A stretch of 64,000 nt of DNA, taken from the NCBI RefSeq assembly GCF_006345805.1, contig NC_043005.1, positions 103,478,001 through 103,542,000 of the forward strand, given 5' to 3'. This document shows, in pieces, positions 1-12,692 of this stretch; position 1 is the first letter of the stretch; each line of letters starts with the position of its first letter. A model generated the notes under the pieces. That model was not told the DNA's origin, made no database searches, and saw only the letters and a list, made by a program, of their open reading frames with translations. This DNA comes from Octopus sinensis (lineage: Eukaryota). The position numbers and the translations under genes are program-made.

Positions 1-480
1 GAAATTATCAGAAAAAAAAAGAAAATTGTGAAACATAGCGTCAGACATAAGAGTGATAGGCGAAAAGAATGTAAGGAAATGAAGCGAAAACAAATGCTCA
101 CTTTCAACTATGTATGTGTGCGCATGAGTGTGCTAGTTTCGTTACGTGTGCGCGTATTTGGTGGTTGTTAATTAGGTGAAACAGTTATAGTGCACAGTTA
201 TCAATTAGATACTTCTCACAATATCGACGCTTCCCGAAAACCTTTGACCTAGTATTGACGATAATATTCATGTAAACTTTTTTTTTTATTTAAGAATCAT
301 TTCTCCACAGTGCACATATCACATCTTTTATTTCCATTTTGGTAAAGATTTGATTTTTCAATAATTTTCAATTTGATGTTGTAATGAGAAGCTCGCTTTG
401 ACATCATTTCCAGGAAGCAGGCGACTGACAATCTCTCTCTCTCTCAGGAGGACAACCTGATCGTCTTGTGACAATGATAA

Positions 481-627
481 ATATAGATGTTTTCGATCTA
501 GTTTGGATTCTTTGCCATCAAATTTGAATTCTTTGCAATCAAATTTGATTGCAAAGTCTTCAAATTTGATGGCAGAGAATTCAAATTTAATGGCAAAAAA
601 TCCAAACTAGATCGGAAACATCTATAT
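481..627. mobile_element. MITE-like foldback element (147 bp)
   Basis: 56-bp inverted arms 481-536 and 572-627 with 4 mismatches (atatagatgtt...); interior built of repeated palindromic tcaaatttga units; TA at both ends. Confidence 0.55.
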
Positions 628-1339
628 ATGGAAGCTCGAGAGGTGTATCAAAGTGTGGGGAAATGCTCCCCACACGCACAAAAAAAGAAAACATGCAAGT
701 GGATCCCCCTACTCTATACGAAGCAACAAATGAAGATGAAGATGTTGATGTTCCTACTGGTAGAAACCACATCCGTAATCTATCATAATAAAAAAGCTAT
801 CCTTCCTTAGAAGAGTCGGATGTTTCTTTTGGATGCACAAGTTTCAAATAGGAGCTGAAAGTAGTTGGGTTTGTGGTCTGTGGGTTGTCTCGCTCCAATT
901 AATGGTATAAACAGGCCTATCAGCATTTTCTCTTGCCATGGTAAGCACGTAATATATCTATAATTACTGGCTTCCTTAAAAATATGTCCGAACCAAGTGA
1001 ACATATCGTTTATAAGGACATTAAAATACTTAAGACAGTGTATAACATTCATGTCTTTCAAAAACACAGAACCGAAACAGGGTTCCGTTTGATGGACGTC
1101 ACGAGCCAAAATCATGGTAATGATAGTAGCAATGTACTTCATAAACACTACTTTTCCTTGAGATTCCTTGATCATAAGTACAATTAGGTTGTGCTATTCA
1201 TCCATAGTTTTCAAAGTAAATTAAATACGTAAAATATCAATCGATTATAAATGAGAACTGAACATAAATAATCTCATTTAAGCGTCGAGACTGAGATTGT
1301 TGAAATATTTCGTTTTAATTTTGGCATAAGACTAGCTGT

Positions 1340-2623
1340 TGTAAGGGGAGAGGGAGTGGATTACATCAATTTCAGTACTTGATTGGTACTTTATGTTGCC
1401 GATTCCAAACAGATGAAAGTCAAAGTTGATAACGGAGAAAAATGAACTCAGAACATAACGGCAGACGAAATACCTATTTCTTTACTACCCACAAGGAGCT
1501 AAACACAGAAAGGACAAACAAGGAACAGACAAACGGATTAAGTCGATTATATCGACCCCAGTGCGTAACTGGTACTTAATTATCGACCCCGAAAGGATGA
1601 AAGGCAAAGTCGACTCGGTGGAATGGAATTTGAACTTAGAACGTAAGGGCAGACGAAATCCTATTTCTTTACTACCCACAAGGAGCTAAACACAAGAAAG
1701 GACAAACAAGGACAGACAACGGATTAAGTCGATTATATCGACCCCAGTGCGTAACTGGTACTTAATTTATCGACCCCGAAAGGATGAAAGGCAAAGTCGA
1801 CCTCGGTGGAATTTGACTTAGAACGTAAGGGCAGACGAAATACCTATTTCTTTACTACCCACAAGGAGCTAAACACAGAAAGGACACAAACAGACAGACA
1901 AACGGATTAAGTCGATTATATCGACCCCAGTGCGTAACTGGTACTTATTTATCGACCCCGAAAGGATGAAAGGCAAAGTCGACCTCGGTGGATGGATTTG
2001 AACTTAGAACGTAAGGCAGACGAAATACCTATTTTTTACTCCCACAAGGAGCTAAACACAGAAAGGACAAACAAGGACAGACAAACGGATTAAGTCGATT
2101 ATATCGACCCCAGTGCGTAACTGGTACTTAATTTATCGACCCCGAAAGGATGAAAGGCAAAGTCGACCTCGGTGGAATTTGAACTTAGAACGTAAGGGCA
2201 GACGAAATACCTATTTCTTTACTACCCACAAGGAGCTAAACACAGAAAGGACAAACAAGGACAGACAAACGGATTAAGTCGATTATATCGACCCCAGTGC
2301 GTAACTGGTACTTAATTTATCGACCCCGAAAGGATGAAAGGCAAAGTCGACCTCGGTGGAATTTGAACTTAGAACGTAAGGGCAGACGAAATACCTATTT
2401 CTTTACTACCCACAAGGGCTAAACACAGAGAGGACAAACAAGGACAAACGGATTAAGTCGATTATATCGACCCCAGTGCGTAACTGGTACTTAATTAATC
2501 AACCCCGAAAGGATGAAAGGCAAAGTCGACCTCGGCGGAATTTGAATTCAGAACGTAACGACAGACGAAATACGGCTACGCATTTCGCCCGGCGTGCTAA
2601 CGTTTCTGCCAACTCACCGCCTT
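1340..2623 (-). mobile_element. tRNA-derived SINE family A, tandem multimer (one head, about 6 body units of ~183-187 bp, plus a diverged unit at left)
   Basis: Minus strand begins aaggcggtgagttggcagaaacg (A-box-like) with a B-box-like gttctgaattcaaattcc; body repeats joined at aaagaaat-aggtatttcgtc. Confidence 0.9.
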
Positions 2624-2885
2624 AAATTCCTGAAAATATTGAATACTGCCAGAAGAAATACCGCTAAGCATTTTTTCCGAAATGCTAATGACTCTGCCTT
2701 CTCGCCGACCACTAACTGTTGAAGTGTGATACATTTTGACGAACAACAATTTAATGCTGTACTCATTCAATACACAAAAACCTCAACTAATCGGTTATGA
2801 AATTTAGCCACATCTCTTCTTCAGGATTTGCATTTTATGTTGCGTTTACATTATCCATCTTCTTTAGTTTCTTCATGAATATTTC

Positions 2886-3202
2886 ATGCATTTTTCATGA
2901 AATATCGCAGGGTCTTTTCAGGTTCATGTGTATAGCGATTTCAATGGTTTTATCAAAGTCTTTCAGTAGTTCTTTCATAAAGATTTAGTGCCAATTTCAA
3001 TGGTATTTTCGTGGATCTTCAAGAAGCGTCCCTCAAATAATATATTCATTTTTTTTAAAGTTTTCTTTCACTGTGCGTTGTGCTTTTTAAAGCTAATTGT
3101 TGCATGTTTTATGTGGTATTTCAGTGAATTTTTTCTGTGATCTTTAGTTATTACCATTATATTTGAATTATTCTTTTCAGTATTCAATATTTTCAGGAAT
3201 TT
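2886..3202. repeat. ~317-bp direct repeat, copy 1 (copy 2 at 3587-3903)
   Basis: atgcatttttcatgaaat...tattttcaggaattt occurs twice, with scattered substitutions, on either side of a SINE. Confidence 0.85.
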
Positions 3203-3582
3203 AAGGCGGTGAGCTGGCAGAAACGTTAGCACGCCGGGCGAAATGCGTAGCCGTATTTCGTCTGCCGTTACGTTCTGAGTTCAAATTCCGCCGAGGTCGA
3301 CTTTGCCTTTCATCCTTTCGGGGTCAATTAAATAAGTACCAGTTACGCACTGGAGACGATATAATCGACTTGATCCGTTTGTCTGTCCTTGTTTATCCCT
3401 TCTGTGTTTAGCCCCTTGTGGGTAGTAAAGAAATAGGTATTTCGTCTGCCGTTATGTTCTGAGTTCAAATTCCGCAGAGGTCCACTTTCGGGGTCGATAA
3501 ATTAAGCACCAGTTGCGTACTTGGGTCAGTCTGGCCCCCTCCCCAAAACTTTTGGGCCTTGTGCCTTGAGTAGAAAAGAATA
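3203..3582 (+). mobile_element. SINE family A, head plus two units, the second with an alternative tail
   Basis: aaggcggtgagctggcagaaacg...gagttcaaattcc; second unit ends ccccaaaacttttgggccttgtgccttgagtagaaaagaat. Confidence 0.88.
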
Positions 3583-3586
3583 CTTA

Positions 3587-3903
3587 ATGCATTTTTCATG
3601 AAATTTGCAGGGTTTTTTAAGGTTCATGTGTATAGCAGTTTGAGTGGTTTTATCAAAGTCTTTCAGTAGATTTTTCATAAAGGTTTAGTGCCAATTTCAA
3701 TAGTATTTTCGTGGATGTTCAAGAAGCGTCCCTCAAATAATATATTCATTCTTTTTAAAGTTTTCTTTCACTGTACTTTCTATCTTTTAAAGCTAATTGT
3801 TGCATGCCTTATATGGTATTTCACAGAATTTTTTTCTGTGATCTTTAGTTATTACCATTATATTTTAATTATTCTTTTCAGCATTTAATATTTTCAGGAA
3901 TTT
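3587..3903. repeat. ~317-bp direct repeat, copy 2
   Basis: Aligns by eye with 2886-3202. Confidence 0.85.
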
Positions 3904-4473
3904 TCCATTTTTGGTTCTTCAAATAATTTCAGGGATTTTTTTCTGAGGTTTCCTCTTCCTAGCACCAAACGTCTTGTAATTTTCCGGTAACTTTTGTTTT
4001 CAGTTTCTTTATCTCTTTATTTTCTGTCCTTCGTCTTTTGCCAAACGTTTCAGGCTTAAGTTAAAACATCTTTTAAATTTTTTGAGCATTATAATTTGTT
4101 TTTTGGTTTCTTTCGAAATTTTTTAATCCTATTCCTTCAACTTTCAGTAAATTTTCATTTTGTTTTCCAATATCTTCAATATTGCTTGTCCTTTGAAGTT
4201 TTGTATTTTAATTTTCGGTTGTCTTGTTCCATTCAGTCTTCTTTCCGATAATTTATTGTTTCTTTGGAAGGTTAGAGTTTCCCTGTTTGATTGTTACTCT
4301 CTTCCTAACACTGTACTCCTTACCCTTTATGTTTTTTATGTTTTCGGACGTTTTTGTTGTTGTTGGTCATCCCTTTTAAATTCTTTGATCTATTCTATTC
4401 CCGTTGGCTAATTTATTTTATTCTTCAATAGAAACTTCAACGAGTTGCATGTGTGTGTGTGTATGTGCGTGTA

Positions 4474-4513
<40 letters not shown>

Positions 4514-6445
4514 TGTGTGTGTGTGTGTGCTATAATTTCATTATATTTATTTTCAGCTTCCTCATAAAAGAATTTTTTTTTCTTTTTTGTTTTTAATGTT
4601 ACAACCAACTTGCAAAGTTACATGTATTTTTACTCACATACATTTAGTTACTTGCCTTGTTTTTTTTTTATTCCAGCGCCATCATACCTAACAACTACAA
4701 CTTCCTTCAAGTTGGCACTTGTTCTTCTCGCAAGAATATATATAAATAAAAAAAATAACAGCTTCTTAACCAAAGAAATTGAGACAGCTATCTTCATTTC
4801 CTTAGGTACTCAATCTCACCATTTATCTTCCATCGAATATACACAGATCACCTGCAGCAGAAGAAGCATTGATATATCATCTGATAACAGAACCACATAG
4901 CAAAAAGAGCAATTAAAGAAACTGGAAAATTTATAGTATGAAATAGTAGCGTATTGGGACGATGATAAAACCTAAACTGCGAATGTACCTTATGTACCTG
5001 ACATGTAAAACAAATGAAACGGAAAAGTAATAAAAAAAAATACTATTTTAAACTTACATTTGCAACAATATAGCTAAACTCAGTTTTCTCCTACCATTAT
5101 ATTCTGCTGACAAAGGAGTGATTTTTCGACCGTCATAAAGTCTTCAAAACGTTGTACAACGGGTTAGTAAACGCTAGTCGTAATAGTATCATATATGTCA
5201 AATATGCCGCCTTTGTTATTGTTGTTGTTATTGCTTAAACCTAACTATGACCAAAACCGTTTCATCCATGTCCAGAATACTTCCTTCTGTTCGATCTGCC
5301 TTTTGTTTTCAACCAACGAATACCTAATTCGACATTATACACTGTGGGTTTAGATAGCACCTTCTGGTGGTGGTGGTGGTGGTGGTGGTGGGGTGAAGGG
5401 GGAAGCTTAAGGGAAATGAGTCTGCTATTTCTTGTAAGGTGAAAGACCATGCAGAGGCTATCTTTTTGCGTCTTATACTTACTATCGACTGTATAGATAA
5501 CCATAACGCTCTCATTTATTAGCATGTTGTTTGAAATAAGATTGTGTGGCGTTCATATACTTCCCAAAAGTACTAATAATATATTGTATCCCAGAAGGGA
5601 CATCTCGAAGAATAATATTTGTTTCAACACGTGACTTCAGAGCAAAACTTCTTCACAAATATACAAAATGACATTTTCTTAGCTATGTAATGTAGCTGAA
5701 ATAATTTAGTTAGGATCAAAAATGGTTCCGAGATTTGCTTGACGGATTTTAATTATATTTTATCTGAGATTATTTGAGAATAAATTATTAATAATGATTA
5801 ATTACTTCATGACAGAACATAGTTATTAAAACTAGGCATAAACAATGCAAGAGTGCTTATAGCAGTCATGCTTTTTTTTTTTAATAACTTGTATTAAATA
5901 TTCAATATTTGCAACAGAACAGCCAAGCAAACATGTAAACACAAAACAAGAAAAGGAAGTTTTTATTTATCCACTCATCAAAATTTCTGCCATCTTGCAT
6001 GATGCGGTGTATGCCAGTTGTTTAAAAAAGACAAACTGACAGATTCCAAATTACGAGAACATGCACAAAATAAATTTGTGGCATTGAGTTACGCCATTTT
6101 TGTATCAGTCGTGAGTGTTTATAATTTTCAAGTCTGTATTAAAGCACAGATTTGAAACATTGAGAATTTAAAATATTTAAGAAACATCAGAAGTCTGTGT
6201 GAAGACGCGTCACCTATTGGTTATGATATCCGGCTCATGACCATGTGACTATAAGTACGATTGCTCGACCAGACACTTTGTCGTTACTTCAGTTCACTCT
6301 TCTATAAGTAGCAATTTCTGCACTTGTTTCTCTCTCCAACAGTCACATCATTGTTCTGCATGGCTAAGGTTGAGGTGATCGAGAGCATGACAGAGTCTAC
6401 TCGCGACTACATAGACATCTAAAATAATTCAGAAGAGGGCTGTAC

Positions 6446-6688
6446 TTTACTCTTTTACTCTTTTACTTGTTTCAGTCATTTGACTACGACCATGCTGGAG
6501 CACCTCCTTTAGTCGAGCAAATCGACCCCAGGATTTACTCTTTGTAAGCCTAGTACTTATTCTATCAGTCTCTTTTGCCGAACCGCTAAGTTACGGGGAC
6601 GTAAATACACCAGCATTGGTTGTCAAGCGATGTTGGGGGGGGGGGGGGCAAACACAGACACACAAACATATACACACACATATATATA

Positions 6689-6729
<41 letters not shown>

Positions 6730-6852
6730 CATATATACGACGGGCCTATTTTAGCCTCCGTCTACCAAATCCACTCACAAGGCCTTGGTCGGCCAGAGGC
6801 TATAGTAGAAGATACTTGCTCAAAGTGCCACGCAGTGGGACTGAACCCGGAA
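6446..6852 (-). mobile_element. tRNA-derived SINE family B (head truncated)
   Basis: Same sequence as 9468-9862, 34021-34543 and 59055-59467; (actctttt)n tail, internal CA/TA tract. Confidence 0.9.
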
Positions 6853-6972
6853 AATTTTTAGATGTAGCATATGCATGTGCGTGTATGCATGTGCGTGTGT
6901 GCGTGGGTGTACGTGTGTGTGTGTGTGTATGCATATATATATATGCATAGAGAGAGCGATAGAGAGAGAGAG

Positions 6973-7297
<325 letters not shown>

Positions 7298-7310
7298 TGT
7301 TGCTACGCTA

Positions 7311-7440
7311 ATACTCCCAGAGAACTATGTTAAAATTGTACGTGTCCGTGGAATGATCAGCCATTTACACGTTACTTCATTCACTAGGCTGTTCTGTTGA
7401 TGGAACAATTGAAAAACTCGTCGTTGAAACAGACGAAGGA
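7311..7440 (+). mobile_element. Diverged 3' fragment of SINE family C
   Basis: Resembles the reverse complement of 7870-8010 (gagaactatgttaa...ggctgttctgttgat...ctcgtcg). Confidence 0.6.
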
Positions 7441-7865
7441 CCATTATTTATTAACAGTGAGGTGGTAAAGAAAAATTGCGCATATGATATTTCAAAAAAT
7501 ATTTATTCTCAGTAGAGAAACATAATTGCATTAAAAGAAATTGTACCATGGGGGATTTGTATTCAGTTCATTGATTACCATTCCACCAAATATTTAAATA
7601 AATATAAGATATAGAAATCGATGGTATTTAGTGTTAGCGTTATGAGAACTTATGATTAATTCTTTAGGTGGAATAATTGACACGTGACCTACAATTAGAT
7701 GAGATGAGAGAAGCAACGAAAATATATTTCTATTGAAAACTGAACGTCTTAAGTTGTAGAATAGCGGCAGTAGTGGGAGTGACGATAATGATGATTTTCA
7801 TGGCGGTGATCGTTGTGGAAGCTGCGTTGTTGGTAATAGCGGTGGCCGTGTGAGTGATATAATAA

Positions 7866-8254
7866 GAGAGAGAGAAGCACTCCGTCGGTTACGACGACGA
7901 GGGTTCCGGTTGATCCGAATCAACGGAACAGCCTGCTCGTGAAATTAACGTGTAAGTGGCTGAGCACTCCACAGACACATGTACCCTTAACGTAGTTCTC
8001 GGGGATATTCAGCGTGACACAGAGAGTGACAAGGCCGGCCCTTTGAAATACAGGTACAACAGAAATAGGAAGAAAGAGTGAGAGAAAGTTGTGGTGAAAG
8101 AGTACAGCAGGGATCACCACCATCCCCTGCCGGAGCCTCGTGGAGCTTTAGGTGTTTTCGCTCAATAAACACTCACAACGCCCGGTCTGGGAATCGAAAC
8201 CGCGATCCTATGACCGCGAGTCCGCTGCCCTAACCACTGGGCCATTGCGCCTCC
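7866..8254 (-). mobile_element. tRNA-derived SINE family C, full length
   Basis: Minus strand ggaggcgcaatggcccagtggttagggc (A box) ... ggtttcgattccc (B box); 10-bp TSD gatataataa at 7856-7865 and 8255-8264. Confidence 0.88.
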
Positions 8255-8581
8255 GATATAATAAATAAGTGACAAGTAAGCAAAACGAACGAAAACTGCA
8301 ATAGTCAACGCAGGGGCGAAAACGGTGACTTAACCATTATCACTGTGTTCCAAAGCCGCATTACTAAATAATAAAAAGTATAATATTTATATATATATAT
8401 ATATATTTAGACAACACATTCTCAATATTAATTAATGTACATTTAAATAGAAGAGAAAACTGCCTTTAATAAGTAATTTTTACACGCTAGAAGAAGCAGT
8501 CAAAACGACAAAAACCACATTTTAAGAGCAATTTTCGAAGGGAATGAAAAATATAAACTTTGACCTTGTTATATTTTTACG

Positions 8582-8647
8582 GTCATACCCAGGTTTCAGA
8601 TTATTTTAGCAAATAAAATAATTACTAGGCGAATCCTCATCAGTAAC
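8582..8647 (-). ncRNA. Minimal type I hammerhead ribozyme motif
   Basis: gtta-CTGATGA-ggatt..(29 nt)..aatct-GAAA-CctggG-TA|tgac; 4-bp stem I, 5-bp stem II with closing G-U, near-palindromic ACCTGGGT stem III, GUA triplet. Confidence 0.65.
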
Positions 8648-8680
8648 TGTGCCTTAACAATTAACATATAATTTAGAGAC

Positions 8681-8699
8681 ATATATATATATATTATAT

Positions 8700-8732
<33 letters not shown>

Positions 8733-8896
8733 GAATGAATGTACGTACATGTATATGCATGTGCATGTATATGTATATGCATATATATATATACATATAT
8801 GTATGTATATGTATATATTTATGTATGTGTATATGTAATGCATGCATATATGTATGTGTATGTATGTGTGTATGTATATATATATATATATATATA

Positions 8897-8929
<33 letters not shown>

Positions 8930-8931
8930 CA
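8681..8931. repeat. (TA)n-rich microsatellite
   Basis: Directly visible. Confidence 0.95.
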
Positions 8932-9467
8932 CACACAGGCATGCATATGTACATTTATATGGGTGTGTATGCTTTATTAACTAAAGACAGAGGGACGGAC
9001 AGACAGATAGACAGACAGAGCGACTGAGTATGCATACTTAAGATTAAATTGTTAGTTTCTACATGGACGTGTTTAATTAACACACATTTGTTGTCACCTC
9101 ATAATTAAACATTGAATTTAAAGCCCAGAGTTCTCATTCTAGGAGACATAGTGCATATCGTAGACAAGAGTATTTTCACCAACGGTTCGGCTCTACAAGC
9201 AAGAGAATGCTACATTATTTTATTGCTTCGGTATGAAAGGAAGGTAGTCTCCATGAGATTTTGGAATCCTGTCTCTTTATCCTTCACAGACATTTGACAA
9301 CATGTTTGAAAGCTTAGTCGCTAAGTATACAGATAGTATATAAGTTTTACACCAGGCAGGGATGCTCAGGTTGTGGAAAATCCCTTGTTCTGGGCAGGTT
9401 AGACTTTTCAACTATTGCTCATTGATGCGTTACTCAGAGTGTACTGTCCTTACCTTTCAACGAGAAA

Positions 9468-9862
9468 AGATGCAGTGGCTGTGTGGTAAGAAGCTTGCTT
9501 ACGAACCACATGGTTTTGGGTTCAGTCCCACTGCGTGGCACCTTGGGCAAGGGTCTTCTACTATAGCCTCGAGCCGACCAAAGCTTTGTGAGTGGATTTC
9601 GTAGACGGAAACTGAAAGAAGCCCGTCGTATATATGTATATATATATATGTGTGTGTGTATAAGTTTGTGTGTCTGTGTTTGTCCTCCCACCATCGCTTG
9701 ACAACCGATGCTGGTGTGTTTCCGTCTCGTATCTTAGCGGTTCGGCAAAAGAGACCGATAGAATAAGTACTAGGCTTACAAAGAATAAGTCCTTGGGTCG
9801 ATTTGCTCGACTAAAGGTGGTGCTCCGACATGGCCACAGTCAGATGACTGAAACAAGTAAAG
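9468..9862 (+). mobile_element. SINE family B
   Basis: gtggctgtgtggtaag (A-box-like), gggttcagtccc (B-box-like), tail catggccacagtcagatgactgaaacaagtaaa. Confidence 0.9.
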
Positions 9863-10359
9863 GTGTAGTATCAGAGAAATTACGTATTCTCACATCTTTG
9901 TATTATATTTCTAGTCTTTGAAACTCCGGTGGAAACTATGTATCATCATATAAATGTGTAAGATTCTCGATAGATTTGTTCCAGATTTTGGTATAAATGT
10001 GAGAAACTCCAAGGAAATGGTGTCTGATCGCAAAACTCTTTTTCACACGCTTTCATAATGGTAACATATACGGTAATAGATTGTCATTTAAAACACCTGC
10101 AGTTGTACAACTGCCTTTTAATAGTTTTAAAACTGGAGCAACACATACATATGTAATGCATACATACAGTGTGTGTGTCTGTGTCTGTGTGTGTGTCTGT
10201 GTGTGCGTGTGTGTGTCCGTGTTCTTGCCTTTTTATTCCAGCAATATCAGTCTCGTATAGGCACAAGGTGTATACATTCAGGTGAATATTATTATATAGA
10301 TAGATACATAAACACACACACACACACGCACGTACGCACATCCACACATACACACACAC

Positions 10360-11135
10360 ATACATACATAAATACATACATACATACATACATACATACA
10401 TACATACATACATACATACATACTTACAAACAAATGTGATATCCGGATGCATTCGTCCTGAACTACAGGTTTGTTTATAATTTCAGCGAACAAGCTGTTC
10501 GCTGATCAGTGCTATTTGCCTACCGTCAATAAGTCGTTGTTTCTGAAGAATATGCAAGGCATCATTTTAGATCTCGTTGTTCACATTGTAAATAACGATT
10601 TATTATATAGTACATTATATGATATATTATATTTTATTATAGAAATATATGTATGTGTGTGTCCGCGCGTACGTACAAACATAGATAGACAGACAGACAG
10701 AAGACAGAAGACAGACAGACAGTTAGACAGACAGACAGATGGATGGATAGATAGATAGATAGATACATACTTACATACATGTATATATACATACATACTT
10801 ACATACATACATACATAATACATATATACATGCATACCTTCATACATACATATATACATATATACATACATACCTACACACATACATACACACATACATA
10901 CATATATACATACATATATACATACATGCGTGCATACATACATACATATATACATACATACATACATATATACATACATACATACATATATACATACATA
11001 CATAAATACATACATACACACATGCATACATACATACATACATACATACTTACATACGTACATATATACATACATACATACATACATACATACATACATA
11101 CATACATACATACATACATACATACATACATACAT
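10360..11135. repeat. (TACA)n and (TAGA/CAGA)n microsatellite cluster
   Basis: Directly visible; one unique spacer of about 250 bp inside. Confidence 0.9.
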
Positions 11136-11894
11136 AGAAAGAAAAAGCTATAGTGATATACACCAATATGTATAGAATTTGTTCGTATACCTGATTATAT
11201 AAACGTAATATTGTTTGAATTACTAGCATGAAGAGGCTTCTAAATTGATCACAATTTGCCCTGGAATCTTTCATATTTGCTATTGCTTAAACCTTGACGC
11301 CATGTCAATCCACCAATTATTTTCGAAATTCCTTTGTGTTCCTTCAAAGATCTATCACTCGAAAGATGCTCATTATTTGTTAAACGGCTTCATGGTTTGA
11401 TCTGCTGGTGCTGTAAACGAAAAGTAAGTCCCTGGTACTTCATATTCATCGCTTCTTTTCTTTCATTTCCTTTTTCTTTTTTCCTTCTGGTCCTAAAAGT
11501 TTCATTCCTTTTTATTTTAAGTATCTTAAGATTTTCATGGATATCTGGACGTATTTGATCACTAATCCTTCACTGGTAACGGTGGTAGTAGTGGTGGTGG
11601 TGGGGGAAGCAGCGGTGATGGTGGCGGCGGCGTCAGTGATGGTGGTGGTTGTGGTGATGGTGGTGTGGTGATGTGGATGTTGGCGGAAATTGAGGAAGAC
11701 TGTGGTGTGGTGGATACTACTGTTGCTACTTTTGCTGTCGATGTTGCTGTGATGGTGTTCATGGTGCCCTTGCTGTTGTTTTTAGCGGGGAAGGTCTTTC
11801 TTCTTTTGCTGTTGTAACAGTTGTTTTAGCGTGGGGTTTTAGAAGCAGTAGTACTGTTTCTATTGATTTGTTGCTGCTGTTGTTGTTGTTGTTG

Positions 11895-12155
11895 TTAAGC
11901 AACAAGACGGGTAAGGGTGATTAGGTGATGGTCTAGGGCTTTAGAGACGGGAGATCCCAGACCTTGGGAAAAATAAAACTTTGGTCGTCTTGTTGTCGTC
12001 GAGGTCTCTTCGTTGACGCCCGACACCACTGGGAGGTGGCCCTCGAAGTCGCTGGAAATGGAGATCTCCAGGTCCAAATTCTTGAACGGCTGCTGCTGCT
12101 GCTGCTGTTTCGGGTGGTGGTGGTGGTGGTGCTGATGGTTAGAGCGGTGGTTGTA
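11895..12155 (-). CDS. Candidate terminal coding exon of an unidentified gene (YNHRSNHQHHHHHHPKQQQQQQPFKNLDLEISISSDFEGHLPVVSGVNEETS...LVA*)
   Basis: Pyrimidine tract plus TAG acceptor at 12158-12156, 261-nt open frame to TAA, GC-rich third positions, polyH/polyQ; no domain recognised. Confidence 0.4.
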   Translation of the reverse strand, partial: YNHRSNHQHHHHHHPKQQQQQQPFKNLDLEISISSDFEGHLPVVSGVNEETSTTTRRPKFYFSQGLGSPVSKALDHHLITLTRLVA

Positions 12156-12404
12156 CTAGTAATGTGAGAAGAATGTATGTTAATACCAGTAAGCAGAGCT
12201 GTGGTGCGGGGATGAAGCTTAACCTCAGGTCCAGTTTGACTAAAGTGATATTTGATCAAAGATGCTCCGCCCATGACAACCACTTACTATTAATGTTGTT
12301 TATGAACTTTATTACTTCGTGACTATGTAGACCACTAATGTAAGCAGCAAATGACCACAACTGTCATTCTAAGATCTGCAATAATAATTGGACATAACTA
12401 AGAA

Positions 12405-12598
12405 TACAGTTCTATATTTAAGACATGAGGAATTATGTACATTATTTACATTGTTTACATTTGACGGATATTTGTCCTCATCTTGTTCGTTGTTAACACA
12501 ACGATTTGGCTGATATACCCTCCAGCCTTCATCAGATATCTTGGGGAAATTTCGAACATGGGTTCTCATTCCAAAGGTATTTCTCGATATTATTATTA

Positions 12599-12633
<35 letters not shown>

Positions 12634-12692
12634 CTGGAATCGAACTCGGAATCTTGGATTTAGTAGCCGGCGCTCTTAACCACTACGCTATC
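12405..12692 (-). mobile_element. tRNA-headed SINE (family D) with (AAT)n linker and Penelope-type hammerhead tail
   Basis: A box TAGCGTAGTGG 12690-12680, B box GAGTTCGATTCC 12647-12636, then (AAT)n, then CTGATGA-A-GGCTG..CAGCC motif. Confidence 0.75.
12496..12540 (-). ncRNA. Decayed minimal hammerhead motif in the SINE D tail
   Basis: gatat-CTGATGA-a-GGCTG-gagggtatat-CAGCC-aaatc-gtt-gtgtt; GAAAC is degenerate here; stem I reads gacac/gtgtt in the sister copy. Confidence 0.55.

Noticed and set aside
807-1175. 122-aa minus-strand ORF
   Set aside because: No recognisable motif, and no convincing splice or start context; cannot support a product
1340-2623. Regular repeat array resembling CRISPR
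   Set aside because: Units are contiguous SINE bodies without unique spacers; eukaryotic context, no cas genes
3590-4410. A-rich, K/E-rich coding-like minus strand
   Set aside because: Many stops and no identifiable domain; may be an old retroelement relic but cannot be classified
8170-8254. tRNA gene-like sequence (also 12632-12692)
   Set aside because: A and B boxes are present, but they continue into SINE bodies and lack a complete cloverleaf acceptor stem
10483-10505. Perfect 10-bp hairpin tcagcgaaca-agc-tgttcgctga
   Set aside because: Isolated; no ribozyme core or element boundaries around it
11228-11272. ATGAAGA-ggc..gcc hairpin resembling a hammerhead
   Set aside because: Lacks C3, GAAA and stem III
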